DNA of 64,000 nt from Candidatus Obscuribacteraceae bacterium (GCA_044226015.1 JBGAHS010000003.1:320001-384000), one strand, 5' to 3'; positions 1-10,241 are shown, numbered from the stretch's first letter. Notes: generated from the letters alone by a model not told the origin. Translations and numbers: made by a program.

Positions 1-2
1 TG

Positions 3-239
3 GACATGAACCAAGCGTTAGAGTTGGTCGCAAGACCTGCGGCTCCGAATATTTCAAGTCTCAGAGGAATGCAGCTTTCGTCGCGAACAATTTCAGCCGT
101 AGAAAGATTCGCCCAGTTTCAACGCACAGCAGCCGGCTCTGAAGCACTTCATGCCACCGGAGCGAGTTCGCAAGAATTACATTACATGCTAAAGCGCACG
201 GAATGGTACTTAAAATATCGGCAGCTTGGACCGTTATAG
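3..239 (+). CDS. 3' end of a hypothetical protein, probably starting before the window
   Basis: Frame is open from the window edge to TAG at 237-239; no motif recognised. Confidence 0.5.
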   Translation, partial: DMNQALELVARPAAPNISSLRGMQLSSRTISAVERFAQFQRTAAGSEALHATGASSQELHYMLKRTEWYLKYRQLGPL

Positions 240-428
240 AACCAAGAGCATCTCGTTTGATCTAGCTTCCACCGGAGAGTTCAAATGAAGATGGAAACAT
301 GCTTAAACGGCTCGCTCTAATTTACTGTCGTTGAATGGGTAAGTTACAGAATTCCTGCAATTTTTAATTACACTCACCGTGTAGCAGAAATTTCCATTGA
401 GGACGAACGGACGCTTCTTTCAGAATTA

Positions 429-442
429 GCACAATATTGTGC
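429..442. promoter_or_regulatory. Perfect 14-bp palindrome, candidate operator upstream of the VOC gene
   Basis: GCACAATATTGTGC in the 400-bp intergenic region, ~200 bp before the VOC start. Confidence 0.3.
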
Positions 443-647
443 ACTAAATTCAAAGTATCAATGCATGTTTCAGCACCGTCAAAAGCACATTGCTACCCAA
501 CACAATTTTTGGCGTGGTGCTCTTCCCAAAATTGACTAGCATTTCATTTTGCAATAGTCATAATTGGCTGGTAATGAAACGATCCCAAAAGAGCTGCATC
601 ATAGTGGCGAGCAGCACAGGTGATTACACTTACAACAAGAGGTGAGT

Positions 648-1175
648 ATGGAGCAATCCACTATGGAATCAAGAGTGATTTCAAATGAGGCATCAAATGA
701 AGGTATTGCAGCTAAGAATCTGCTTGATTGTGTACATGATTGCTTGTCTGCTAATGAAAACAATCGGACAGGCAAAGTCACGGGGATAGGTGGAGTCTTT
801 TTTAAATCGCACGTCGATCAGCAGGTGCTTAGAGATTGGTACGAAGAAAATTTAGGATTGAAAATCGACAAGAACATCGGTGTTGCGAAATTGATGTGGT
901 CTGACGACAAAGCTGATGATGGGGGCGTGACGGCATGGGCACCTTCAGCAAAAACTGAAGAGTGGTTTAGTCCTGGTAAACCAGAATTCATGATCAATTA
1001 TCGGGTCGATAACATACAAGCAATACATGAGCGACTGAAGAAGAATAATGCAAATATTGTTCAGGGACCAGAGTCATACGAAAATGGCAAGTTTCTCTGG
1101 GTATTGGATCCTGATGGAAATAAAGTTGAACTTTGGGAACCACGTCGTTGGAATGATAAGAACAAACAACCCTAG
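648..1175 (+). CDS. VOC/glyoxalase-bleomycin resistance family protein
   Basis: KVTGIGGVFFKS, MINYRVDN, GKFLWVLDPDGNKVELWEP; GAGG RBS before ATG 648. Confidence 0.9.
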   Translation: MEQSTMESRVISNEASNEGIAAKNLLDCVHDCLSANENNRTGKVTGIGGVFFKSHVDQQVLRDWYEENLGLKIDKNIGVAKLMWSDDKADDGGVTAWAPSAKTEEWFSPGKPEFMINYRVDNIQAIHERLKKNNANIVQGPESYENGKFLWVLDPDGNKVELWEPRRWNDKNKQP

Positions 1176-1334
1176 TTGGAAATAGGCTGCGCAGCGGCTG
1201 CGGTTACCCACCCTGGCACCAGCGGCAGTGCCTATCTCTTTCTTTGTGGACTCAACATTGACGACAAGAACGCTTGGCTTCTTTTTCAGCGGCATGTAGA
1301 TTTCATCTGACTTGTGACGCGAGCCAAATCCTCG

Positions 1335-1679
1335 CTATTCGATTGGTCCTTGAATCACCCATTCGCCAGCGATCCACTTCTTCACTATCTGCCTAGTGTC
1401 GCCAGGATTTTCCAATCCATGTTCTTTTTTTGCTCTTTCATAATTGGCGTCGCTAACTTTCACTACAAATCCGCCGATGCCATGTCCTCCCTCAACACTG
1501 TAATCTGTGACCCGGACTCCGATATCTCCATTGTCTTGCATTTGCGCCCACTCCCACATGCTGCCTTCGCGAGCCTTGCGTTCAATTGCAAATTCAGCTT
1601 GTTCTTCAGAAGTAGGATCGGTCATGTTCTTCAGTTTCTCGCGCATTCGGCTGAGACGCCCTGACTGCTCACTGGTCAT
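1335..1679 (-). CDS. Hypothetical acidic protein, 114 aa
   Basis: GGAGG RBS upstream; start overlaps the stop of an upstream headless fragment. Confidence 0.7.
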   Translation of the reverse strand: MTSEQSGRLSRMREKLKNMTDPTSEEQAEFAIERKAREGSMWEWAQMQDNGDIGVRVTDYSVEGGHGIGGFVVKVSDANYERAKKEHGLENPGDTRQIVKKWIAGEWVIQGPIE

Positions 1680-1857
1680 TTAAAAGATCCTCCATTGCCT
1701 TCAAGAAATTTGGCTCACCTTTTCCTTGTCCGATGATTGAGTTGTATACCTCTTCGGCCTGTTCAAATTTCTTTTGCTGAATAAGCTTTTCAGCAATCTT
1801 GAACTGATCTGCCTTCTGTTCCGTGTTCCAAGCCTCACTTAGCTTGGGTATATAGTC
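1669..1857 (-). pseudogene. Headless C-terminal gene fragment (62 aa, TPR-like helices)
   Basis: Manual translation DYIPKLSEAWNTEQKADQFKIAEKLIQQKKFEQAEEVYNSIIGQGKGEPNFLKAMEDLLNDQ*; preceded by in-frame TAG, no usable start. Confidence 0.5.
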
Positions 1858-1880
1858 CTATGTACCCAGGAGCTGCGCTG

Positions 1881-2411
1881 ATGAGCAATGACGGACAAGA
1901 CAAGCAAGAGCGGCCCGAACGTCAGCTGGACCGGCAGCCCGAGCATGTGAAACGCGCTCAGGGCGAAATAAATGCAAATGTCATAGAAGAATTTGCGCAT
2001 GAGTCGTACCATGTAACCCACCAGTTTCTGAATAAGCTTTATGCCGGTGACAAACTTGATCAAAAGACGTATACCGACACATTTATGTGGGGGGAAGTTG
2101 GCTCAATGCTGGCTGAGTCTGCTGTTCATTCAGAACTAGGGCATCCTGGACACACAGATTTCAATTACTTAAAGCCTGATGGCAAGGCAGATGCGTTACA
2201 CATTGATGAGTTTATGAAGACGCACACAAAGAAGGATCTTTTTGATTTTTTGTATACTCATCCCCCCTCGGGAAAGGGTGAGGAACTGTATCCGACGCAT
2301 TATGCCGCTAACTACAAAAACTACGAAGCGGTCTACCAGAAAAACAAACCAGCGGCCCTTCAATATGTAAAACGTTGGGTGCAGAGCGGACACAAAGCAG
2401 AAGACATTTAA
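1881..2411 (+). CDS. Putative HExxH zincin-like metallopeptidase-domain protein
   Basis: FAHESYH plus downstream E (WGEVGS); AGGAG RBS before ATG 1881. Confidence 0.6.
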   Translation: MSNDGQDKQERPERQLDRQPEHVKRAQGEINANVIEEFAHESYHVTHQFLNKLYAGDKLDQKTYTDTFMWGEVGSMLAESAVHSELGHPGHTDFNYLKPDGKADALHIDEFMKTHTKKDLFDFLYTHPPSGKGEELYPTHYAANYKNYEAVYQKNKPAALQYVKRWVQSGHKAEDI

Positions 2412-2908
2412 TAGCAGTGGCTCTTAACTTCGATGTTGCTGACGGTACCAGATGGGGAAAACGACAGGTCTAAAGTCTTCCAAGTGTAACCACACTGATC
2501 GACTCCTTGCACATGGTCTAGAGTGTAGCTGTAGTAAGCATCATAATGCCCCCACATACCTTCCCCAGCTTCATGATCGTCATTAGGCTTTCCCAGTATC
2601 CTTAAGACTTCTAGTTTTGTGGCTTTTTGAAACCGCTGTTTGATGTAATTGCAAGCGACCGAGGGTCTCGAATGCTGCCATTCAGATCTGTCGAATCCTT
2701 GTAGTAACGCGAAAGAATCTTGAGCGAAAACGTTTATCTTAGGTAATAGACAAGCCGTCAAGGCGGTCAAGAAACAAACAAAACTAATCAGCAAAAGTCT
2801 TTTCATAGTTACTCGAGTTTGCATTGAAAGCAAGTATTCCACAACCCGGTAAACCGCATAATCCGGGTCGTTACTATCAATCAGGTGGAATATTGGCAGT
2901 GTTCTCAT
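2408..2908 (-). CDS. Secreted/membrane hypothetical protein with SmpA/BamE-like fold signature
   Basis: Hydrophobic signal-like segment, TKLEVLRILGKP...YSY...LSFSPSGTV; GAGGAG RBS. Confidence 0.55.
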   Translation of the reverse strand: MRTLPIFHLIDSNDPDYAVYRVVEYLLSMQTRVTMKRLLLISFVCFLTALTACLLPKINVFAQDSFALLQGFDRSEWQHSRPSVACNYIKQRFQKATKLEVLRILGKPNDDHEAGEGMWGHYDAYYSYTLDHVQGVDQCGYTWKTLDLSFSPSGTVSNIEVKSHCY

Positions 2909-2944
2909 ACGGCTCCTCGTTTACGCAAAAATCTTTCAGCGCTT

Positions 2945-2979
2945 GCAACCACCAAGCAGTGATCTACTTGTACCGTAGT
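2945..2979. repeat. 35-bp exact copy of 3491-3525
   Basis: GCAACCACCAAGCAGTGATCTACTTGTACCGTAGT at both positions. Confidence 0.95.
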
Positions 2980-3213
2980 CGACAGGGGCGCCGCCGATAC
3001 TCGACTATTTAGAGCAGCCACCGACATAGCCTCTTTCCACAAAGAGCGCCAGGAAGGAAAAGAGAAAGCCGAGAAGCAGTTTGATTGAGCGAGGATACAT
3101 CAAATAATATTCCTCATTGTTCAGGCACTTCGCCAGGCGAAACACCAAGCTTATGGCGTTCGCTTCGAAGATCAGAAGGTCCATTTTGCACAATGCTATC
3201 GTCGTTTGGAATC

Positions 3214-4590
3214 TCACTCAGCTACCAGAGCTTTGCGAGACTGACTCCACACCGACTTGGCCCCATCGACACCAGGCGGCAAGACTCGTTGAGGCTCAAA
3301 AGCCCCTCGTCGTACATCCTCTGTTCTGAACAGAAAGTCACCTTGTGGCATAGGACCATGGTAAAGTTGCCCCATTAGGCGATGCGGAATAAATTCCCGC
3401 ACCACTGGGCTATCTTTGTCATAGCGAAAGCTACGCCAGGGAGACTGTATCCAGCGGATCGGATCTTGCCAGCCGTCAGCTTTATCGCTCGCAACCACCA
3501 AGCAGTGATCTACTTGTACCGTAGTATCTAGGATCGGTGGCTTGCCGTCATGCGCGTCTAGAGCAGGAAAAAACAATAGGTCAGGATGCTGCGGCTCGTA
3601 CCACCAAAGCATAGGAGAGGACTTTTGAGCATCCCGATTATCGAAGCAACAAAGAGCGATGGTCCACCCCTTATACCACTTGGAATAAGCATCAAATATC
3701 TCGTGATTAAGTTTGGGGCGTTTAGTCTCCGGGACTTTATTGAGGACACTTGGTATTTGCGATGCGTCAGCAGCGAGCACCACTGTATAAATACCGCTGT
3801 TAAAGACCATGGGTCCATCGAATAGGCTGGCATCGCGGCCAGAAGCACAAAGCCAGTTAACCATCCCTGGAAATGCTAGTCCCATAATAATGAGCTGAAC
3901 TCCAGTTGCAATACGGCGAACCCTGAGATTCTTCTTGCTTAAGCCAATAACAATGAACACAGCTCCACAGATTAAGCCACCTAGCTCTGCAAAATTTGCG
4001 CTTGTATTCAGCAGCGCCTCAAGGTTGGCCAGATTGTTGATACGTACTGTGCCAACGGTATTAATTTCCGGAAGCTTCGGAGCTAGCCACATCCATAAGA
4101 GTCCAATCGCGCTCCCTGCCACCACGATTAATATCATGATTGCCGTAGCACTTAACCAGGATAATATCAACGGCTTTAGAGCCCTGATGATGGTTGTCCT
4201 GAACCGTATACAAAGACCAATGCAAATCACACCGAGCACACAAAAGACTGTAAACGGATCAACAATCGGTTCTGTCACCGTTGCCTGCATCTTGTCCATA
4301 AAGTCCGCGATATTGGACGTGTCCACAATATTTTTTTCTGACATTGTGCCGGGCACTGCAGGGATCGGCAAAAACATAGCATTGCCTCCTGTTGCTCCAT
4401 TCTGGGCGGTGTTTTCATAACCCAAGAGATGGATACGTTTACCATCCTTCTCAAGTTCCGACACGAAGCCCACGGTGTTGGTAAACTCGGCAAAGTCAAG
4501 AGAGCAACAGGCGAACGCAGCGATACTACAAAGAGAAATAAAAAGCGAAACAACCAGCAAGCATGCTGCTTTAATATGCTTCCGCAACAT
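3214..4590 (-). CDS. Hypothetical exported/membrane protein with an internal 4-TM block
   Basis: Signal peptide ending AAFA-CC; soluble N- and C-terminal segments flank four hydrophobic helices. Confidence 0.8.
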   Translation of the reverse strand: MLRKHIKAACLLVVSLFISLCSIAAFACCSLDFAEFTNTVGFVSELEKDGKRIHLLGYENTAQNGATGGNAMFLPIPAVPGTMSEKNIVDTSNIADFMDKMQATVTEPIVDPFTVFCVLGVICIGLCIRFRTTIIRALKPLILSWLSATAIMILIVVAGSAIGLLWMWLAPKLPEINTVGTVRINNLANLEALLNTSANFAELGGLICGAVFIVIGLSKKNLRVRRIATGVQLIIMGLAFPGMVNWLCASGRDASLFDGPMVFNSGIYTVVLAADASQIPSVLNKVPETKRPKLNHEIFDAYSKWYKGWTIALCCFDNRDAQKSSPMLWWYEPQHPDLLFFPALDAHDGKPPILDTTVQVDHCLVVASDKADGWQDPIRWIQSPWRSFRYDKDSPVVREFIPHRLMGQLYHGPMPQGDFLFRTEDVRRGAFEPQRVLPPGVDGAKSVWSQSRKALVAE

Positions 4591-4816
4591 GAATTACCCC
4601 CCGAAGGCACCTAACATCGAATGATTACTATAGAGGCCGGAGGCAAGTTAGTGCAAAATTGTTTCTGTGAATATGTTCACATGATTCCTGATTGGCGCTT
4701 GCTCGGCGTCAATAGATAGAGAAAGGCAATTCAAAAAATGTATTTTGACAATGCAGAAATTGGAAATCGGCACGACAACCGTTGGACATAGATAGAGCAA
4801 ACAGGTCCTCGATCGT

Positions 4817-7800
4817 TTGGCGAATCGGGGCGCGGATGAAACTGACAAAACTGTGAACTTAAGCAGTTCAGAAACACTCAGGGAAAACCCCGTTGATCGG
4901 AGTCAAAGTAAATACGAATATGGGCTACCATCTGGGAGCTTGCTTCATTTGAAAAAGTACCTGGCGAAATTCGATTCCGCAATAAGCGACAGAAACTTCC
5001 CTCTTTGGGTTTTGGCAACAATCGCCATTCTGACAATGCCGACTCGATTTCAACCGATTGCGTTTTTCCTTGTCGTAAGCAGTGTATTTTACAGGTATTT
5101 GAAATTACATCCAGGCGCGCTGAATGATCGAGCGGTGCTCTTCCGACCGGAAATACAAAAAGCTGCGCTAATTGGATTTGTATGGCTTCTCTGGCAAGCC
5201 GGACTACCCTTTTGTTACTGGGGAATGCCAAGCCAAATAGCAATTCCACTGATTCTTTCTACATACTTCTGCCCGCTTTTGGCCTATATTGCCGTCGTTT
5301 TAGCAGCTGGCGCATCGCATCCGAAAGCAAGCAAAAGCAGTGAGGCTGAAGATGAAGGCGTAAAAGCAAAATCGCAACGACAGCTTGAACACTGGACACA
5401 TACAACCTGTGCAGGCTACATGAGCGCATTCGTCGTCAGCATGATTGCAATTGCATGTTTTCCGTACAGTCTCGGAAAGTGGGTTACAGGATGGCTGTTA
5501 GCTTCAGGAATCGACGCGAACCTACCTGGCATGAGCGAATTTATCGCACGAGAAATATATATATTTGGAACTCAGGCTCACCCAATCTACGTGGTGCATG
5601 AACCAGCATCTGTGGTATTCGGGCAACTCGTAAGCATGGCATTAGCACTCCTCTTAATCTTCGGACTCTGGCCCAAAGCCCTCAAATTCTCGGCATTTCT
5701 GACAATATGGACAAAGAAAACAAAAGGAACTTCAAAGGCAAATCCCTTCGAAACCTTCATATCCACAATCAGGGCAGAAAAAAGCACAATTGAACTGAAG
5801 AGAACAAACTCTTTCAAGCGCAATCTATTCAACAGCGCTACATGGCTCATATCATGCTATCTGTCACTGTTTTTGTTTTTTGGATTTTGCGGGGGACCAT
5901 TAGGGAAAGCAATTTCCGGCTGGATGAACGGGTCTCTCGTAAAAGCATTCAGCACTGGCAAAGGAACCAGCGCCCCAACACAACTAAGAGTCGCGCCACC
6001 ACAAGATGCCATAAAAGCAGAGATTGATCCGGCGAAGCAAAACAGCACAACGAAGTCAGCAACAGCTTCAAGAAGAAATAGACTTCCAAAAACAAAGTGG
6101 TACCAGAGCGTCCCCATCAAGCATTCGTATGTGATGAAAGAACGAAAGGGAATTCAGGCGTGGATTGACAAAAACGGTGTAGGCGCGCACCCGAATCTCA
6201 GAGTTTTTCTTGCGGCAATAATTGCGTTATATGGCACAGTTCCACTATCAGTGATGGGCGCAGTCTTTTTGCCATACCTTAAACGAAAGAAAATCGTGCT
6301 GAGCAAAGACGCTATCTTCTTACCAGAAAATTCAAAGGGGCTAATGGGTTCGAAGGCTTTAAGACTCTGGTCAGAACTTGCATCAGTTAACTTGAAACTG
6401 AAAAAGAACAACAGCCCTGAAAGTGGAAGCTTAGAAATCAGATTCCACGACAAGAGCAAGGTAGAACTAAAAATAGCGCAAATGAAAGATCAAGAGTTGG
6501 AGACATTCCTTTCCGCGATTGACGAGAATTCGCCTGAGTGCTCAGTTTCCGACGAGGTTCTGGACTTCAGGCATCAACTCAGAACAAAAACAGGTAGTAG
6601 AAATTTAGACAAAGAGATCAGTTCAATCAGCGGCGACCAATTTCAATCGACTATTTTTCAAACGCATGAGCCAGGAGCCTATCTACCTGACGGAGAAACA
6701 CGAATCGTTCGTTTATTGGCTTCGCGTCCACTTTCCTGTGTCTATCTTGTTCGCAGAGCGAACGGTAAACTGGGAATCGCAAAGCAGTTTTTCCTGGCAG
6801 GAAATGACGAAGAAACAGAGGCGATGCGTAAATGTCTTCAGCGCGAATACGAGCTTCTCGGCAAAATTGATCACCCATCAATAGCAAAAGTGCTTGAGGT
6901 TTTCCAGCGAGAAGAATCAACATACCTATTGCTCGAACATGTTTACGGAACAGACCTGCGCACCCTCGTTTCATCTCAAGGTGGTCACCCGGAAGCAGAG
7001 ATTTACGACTGGGCAATTCAAATCTGCGACATCATGACTTACTTGCACTCTCAAGATCCCCCCATACTTCACAGAGACTTGACACCAGACAACCTGGTTC
7101 TCACAGAAGAAGGAAAAATCCGTGTCATAGATTTCGGTGCTGCGCAGAGATTTGTAGAAGGAATCACCGGCACAATAATTGGAAAGCAATGCTATGTTCC
7201 TCCCGAACAATTGCAGGGACACGCCAGTGTAAGAAGCGACATTTATAGCTTTGCCGGTGTCCTTCAGTTTTTGCTAACCGGCGAAGACCCAGTCGCATTG
7301 ACTCAGTCAGACCCGTCGCTCAATTCAAATGCTTCTGCCGAACTGAGCGCCGTAGTTAAACAATGCAGTGAGTTTGACGAAAGCCTGCGACCAGAGTCTT
7401 TTGAAAAGGTAAAAGAGCTTCTGATGGATGCTCGAGAAAAGCCTGTCAAAGAAGTAATTCAAAACTTGAGAAAAGTAGCCGAATCTCAAGACATAGCGAC
7501 TGCATTAATGAATGTTCTGCGAGGAACACAACAAAGCGCGGAAGCAAACTCACAAGTCTCTCCGAAAGCGCAAGCAAGCACCGAAGCGCCAACCATCCCT
7601 GCCGAAACGCAAGCAAGCTCCGCAGAAGCGCCAGCCATCCCTGCCGAAACGCAGGCAAGATCCGCAGAAGCGCCAGCCATCCCTGCCGAAACGCAGGCAA
7701 GATCCGCAGAAGCGCCAGCCATCCCTGCAAAATCAACGACGGATTGCCACGAAGAACAAACCGTCATAGTCAGCACCATTACCAAGCTAGACGTATCCAA

Positions 7801-7855
7801 TAAATCCGAAACGGAAGATTCCCTATTAGTTAAAGCAGGCGTAGCGCAGGAGTAG
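4817..7855 (+). CDS. Multi-TM Ser/Thr (Hanks-type) protein kinase
   Basis: About 8 TM segments, IAKQF, HRDLTPDN, DFG, YVPPEQ, SDIYS; start uncertain. Confidence 0.9.
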   Translation: MANRGADETDKTVNLSSSETLRENPVDRSQSKYEYGLPSGSLLHLKKYLAKFDSAISDRNFPLWVLATIAILTMPTRFQPIAFFLVVSSVFYRYLKLHPGALNDRAVLFRPEIQKAALIGFVWLLWQAGLPFCYWGMPSQIAIPLILSTYFCPLLAYIAVVLAAGASHPKASKSSEAEDEGVKAKSQRQLEHWTHTTCAGYMSAFVVSMIAIACFPYSLGKWVTGWLLASGIDANLPGMSEFIAREIYIFGTQAHPIYVVHEPASVVFGQLVSMALALLLIFGLWPKALKFSAFLTIWTKKTKGTSKANPFETFISTIRAEKSTIELKRTNSFKRNLFNSATWLISCYLSLFLFFGFCGGPLGKAISGWMNGSLVKAFSTGKGTSAPTQLRVAPPQDAIKAEIDPAKQNSTTKSATASRRNRLPKTKWYQSVPIKHSYVMKERKGIQAWIDKNGVGAHPNLRVFLAAIIALYGTVPLSVMGAVFLPYLKRKKIVLSKDAIFLPENSKGLMGSKALRLWSELASVNLKLKKNNSPESGSLEIRFHDKSKVELKIAQMKDQELETFLSAIDENSPECSVSDEVLDFRHQLRTKTGSRNLDKEISSISGDQFQSTIFQTHEPGAYLPDGETRIVRLLASRPLSCVYLVRRANGKLGIAKQFFLAGNDEETEAMRKCLQREYELLGKIDHPSIAKVLEVFQREESTYLLLEHVYGTDLRTLVSSQGGHPEAEIYDWAIQICDIMTYLHSQDPPILHRDLTPDNLVLTEEGKIRVIDFGAAQRFVEGITGTIIGKQCYVPPEQLQGHASVRSDIYSFAGVLQFLLTGEDPVALTQSDPSLNSNASAELSAVVKQCSEFDESLRPESFEKVKELLMDAREKPVKEVIQNLRKVAESQDIATALMNVLRGTQQSAEANSQVSPKAQASTEAPTIPAETQASSAEAPAIPAETQARSAEAPAIPAETQARSAEAPAIPAKSTTDCHEEQTVIVSTITKLDVSNKSETEDSLLVKAGVAQE
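7568..7729 (+). repeat. 42-bp coding tandem repeat (~4 copies, SAEAPAIPAETQAR)
   Basis: Direct repeat visible in DNA and protein. Confidence 0.9.
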
Positions 7856-7861
7856 CGTGAA

Positions 7862-10051
7862 ATGGAAACAGAGCTTGACATACATACTCAAATCATTAGC
7901 ACAGGCGCTGCAGGTAACCCTTCGGTCAACGCAGCACCACAACTTCGTCCGCGCCCAAGCAACGGAACAAAGGAAGAATTAGAACAATGGAAAAAAGAAT
8001 CAAATGCGGCATTCTTACATCTGCTAAAAACAGAGATCAAAAATCATAGTCTTCCGCTTGTTCTCATTCTTGCTTTTGTAGCCTGCCCACCTCTTCTTCT
8101 AGTGTGGGTTCCCTTTGTTTTGCTAGCATGGGGAGTCCAGTCGATTTTTGAACGTTTGAATGAGAGCAATCAGAAAAAACTCCTCCGGCATATTCCAGAG
8201 AAATGGCGAAACTCGCGAATACTTGCTGAACTAGCAGAAGGAATGGAGCAAGTACGTCCATTCATTGTTGCATCCTTGTACATCTTTTTTGCACCATTCG
8301 CCATTACCTGGATGTATCTGCATTGGATCCTCCGTCTAAATATTGCGGGCAAAGAACCAGCGGCAGAAATAAGCGACGACCGAGTAAGTTTCCTTCAAAA
8401 CCGCAGTCAAACTGACGAAGAAGCAGAAGTCAATTTCTTCCACTCACCCGCATTTTCCATGAGTGCCATAGCTCTTTTCGTTTCTGGCATTCCTGCAGCA
8501 CTTACGTACTTTCTTTATCAGCATTTGGGAATTGACGCCTTAATGGGTTTGCCTTCTCTCGACCCGCGCTTTAAGACGACGTTTGTGATTATTGAACTCT
8601 ATTTGGGGAGTATAGCTTGCTGTGGTTCTGTTCTGTTTTTTCGCAGCTGGTTTACTTTTCCTTTGAACTTCGCAGACAATCAAGCGCGCATAGAGTTGAA
8701 CAAAAACGGTATCAAGCTCAAAACCAACGCCTGGTTCCGCCAGGCAGCATCATGGAACAGTCCCTGGAGAGGGGTTGATTCTATGCAATGGTCGCAAGTA
8801 AAGTCGCTACGACTAGACCGCAGCACCGAGCCTTTGTATCCATTACCATCAACCGTATTCAGTAAGAACTCGCTTTCACATTATTTTTTCAACAAGCTGG
8901 CATTGGTATCTGATGCAATACAAAACAACAAAAAATCCGCTCAGTACATCTATTTTTCAGAATCAAGTATCGACGCCAAACAGCTTTTCTCGGAACCGGT
9001 TAGGGGACGGAATCTTGCTGTGAATGTTTCAGAACTAACTCCGCATGAAAAAGCGCAGCTTATCTATTCTGTAAAGAAATGGGCTCCTGAGGTCCAAATC
9101 GATGACGGCGTCCACAAAGCCATGATGGGCAGCGACGTGTTGCAAGCACCCGCTTACACTCAACTGTGGTTTGACTTGCTAACGGATAAAATGCCACGAC
9201 GACCACACAACGTGTTAGCAATTGGCACAAAGATAGACAAAGATGCGCTCACGATCATGGAAAGAGTAGCCACCGGAGGTCAGGCTAACGTCTACCTGGC
9301 CGAAGCAGCTGATGGAACTCAATGCGTATTGAAAGAGTTCATTCTGTCAAATTCAGAAACACTAGGAGCGCTCGTCGCATCTGCTGCAGAGTTCGAAATG
9401 GAAGCCAGCTTACTAGCTGAGCTAGAGCATCCACGCATAATAAAGATGCTGCGTTTTTTCTCCGAAGCAAGACGCCTCTATATTGTGCTAGAGAAAGTAG
9501 CGGGTCCTTCACTAAGGCAAAAAGTTCGTTCTAGCGAAGCACGAATGGACGAAAGCGAAGTCATCCGCATCGCATTGCAAATATGCGATGCATTGAAATA
9601 CCTGCACTCCCAAACACCACCTGTGGTGCACCGCGACATTTCGCCCGACAATCTTTTGTTGGCACCAGAAGGAATAAAGCTAATCGATTTTTCACTTGCT
9701 GCAGCGAGAAAATCAATGCGCACATCTAGCACGATGGGCAAACATTCCTATGCACCACCTGAACAGTTCAAAGAGCAGGTTTGTCCTCAGAGCGATATCT
9801 ACGGACTCGGAGCAACCATGTATTACTTGCTTATTGGTGAAGATCCCAAACCACTCACACCGGCAGATGTGCGGGAAAAACGCCCTGAACTCTCGGACGA
9901 AATTGCAGAAGTCATTAAACGCGCTACTGCCTTTGAACTCGCAAATCGCTATACATCGGTCGAATGGTTAGCGACTGAGCTCCGCAGCCTCCAAGAAAAG
10001 TCCCTTGTGCATCTTACTGGCAAACAGAGCGAGGCTACTCAATTTAATTAG
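7862..10051 (+). CDS. Multi-TM Ser/Thr protein kinase
   Basis: TM segments, TGGQANVY, VLKEF, HRDISPDN, DFS, YAPPEQ, SDIYGLG; 6 bp after the previous gene. Confidence 0.92.
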   Translation: METELDIHTQIISTGAAGNPSVNAAPQLRPRPSNGTKEELEQWKKESNAAFLHLLKTEIKNHSLPLVLILAFVACPPLLLVWVPFVLLAWGVQSIFERLNESNQKKLLRHIPEKWRNSRILAELAEGMEQVRPFIVASLYIFFAPFAITWMYLHWILRLNIAGKEPAAEISDDRVSFLQNRSQTDEEAEVNFFHSPAFSMSAIALFVSGIPAALTYFLYQHLGIDALMGLPSLDPRFKTTFVIIELYLGSIACCGSVLFFRSWFTFPLNFADNQARIELNKNGIKLKTNAWFRQAASWNSPWRGVDSMQWSQVKSLRLDRSTEPLYPLPSTVFSKNSLSHYFFNKLALVSDAIQNNKKSAQYIYFSESSIDAKQLFSEPVRGRNLAVNVSELTPHEKAQLIYSVKKWAPEVQIDDGVHKAMMGSDVLQAPAYTQLWFDLLTDKMPRRPHNVLAIGTKIDKDALTIMERVATGGQANVYLAEAADGTQCVLKEFILSNSETLGALVASAAEFEMEASLLAELEHPRIIKMLRFFSEARRLYIVLEKVAGPSLRQKVRSSEARMDESEVIRIALQICDALKYLHSQTPPVVHRDISPDNLLLAPEGIKLIDFSLAAARKSMRTSSTMGKHSYAPPEQFKEQVCPQSDIYGLGATMYYLLIGEDPKPLTPADVREKRPELSDEIAEVIKRATAFELANRYTSVEWLATELRSLQEKSLVHLTGKQSEATQFN

Positions 10052-10208
10052 TGTACCGAGTCCGCGCATACGATTTCAAAATCCTGAAAATCGGCATACA
10101 ACTCAGCATTTAATACTCGTCATCTGACGGACCGCAAACAGCACCACCACCCTCCACCTCTACTACAAAACCAGAAAGAACTTCAATTTCGGCGACCCAA
10201 AATTTCTT

Positions 10209-10241
10209 GAACACCTTCACCTCGCCAAGTGAAGGATGTTC
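10209..10241. terminator. Hairpin between convergent genes
   Basis: GAACACCTTCAC-N8-GTGAAGGATGTTC. Confidence 0.35.

Noticed and set aside
3005..3217. 70-aa minus ORF overlapping the 458-aa gene stop
   Set aside because: The start/stop overlap is suggestive but the translation lacks motifs; left uncalled
2945..3525. 35-bp duplicate as a DGR template/variable repeat pair
   Set aside because: Too short, no adenine-specific mismatches, no reverse transcriptase in the window
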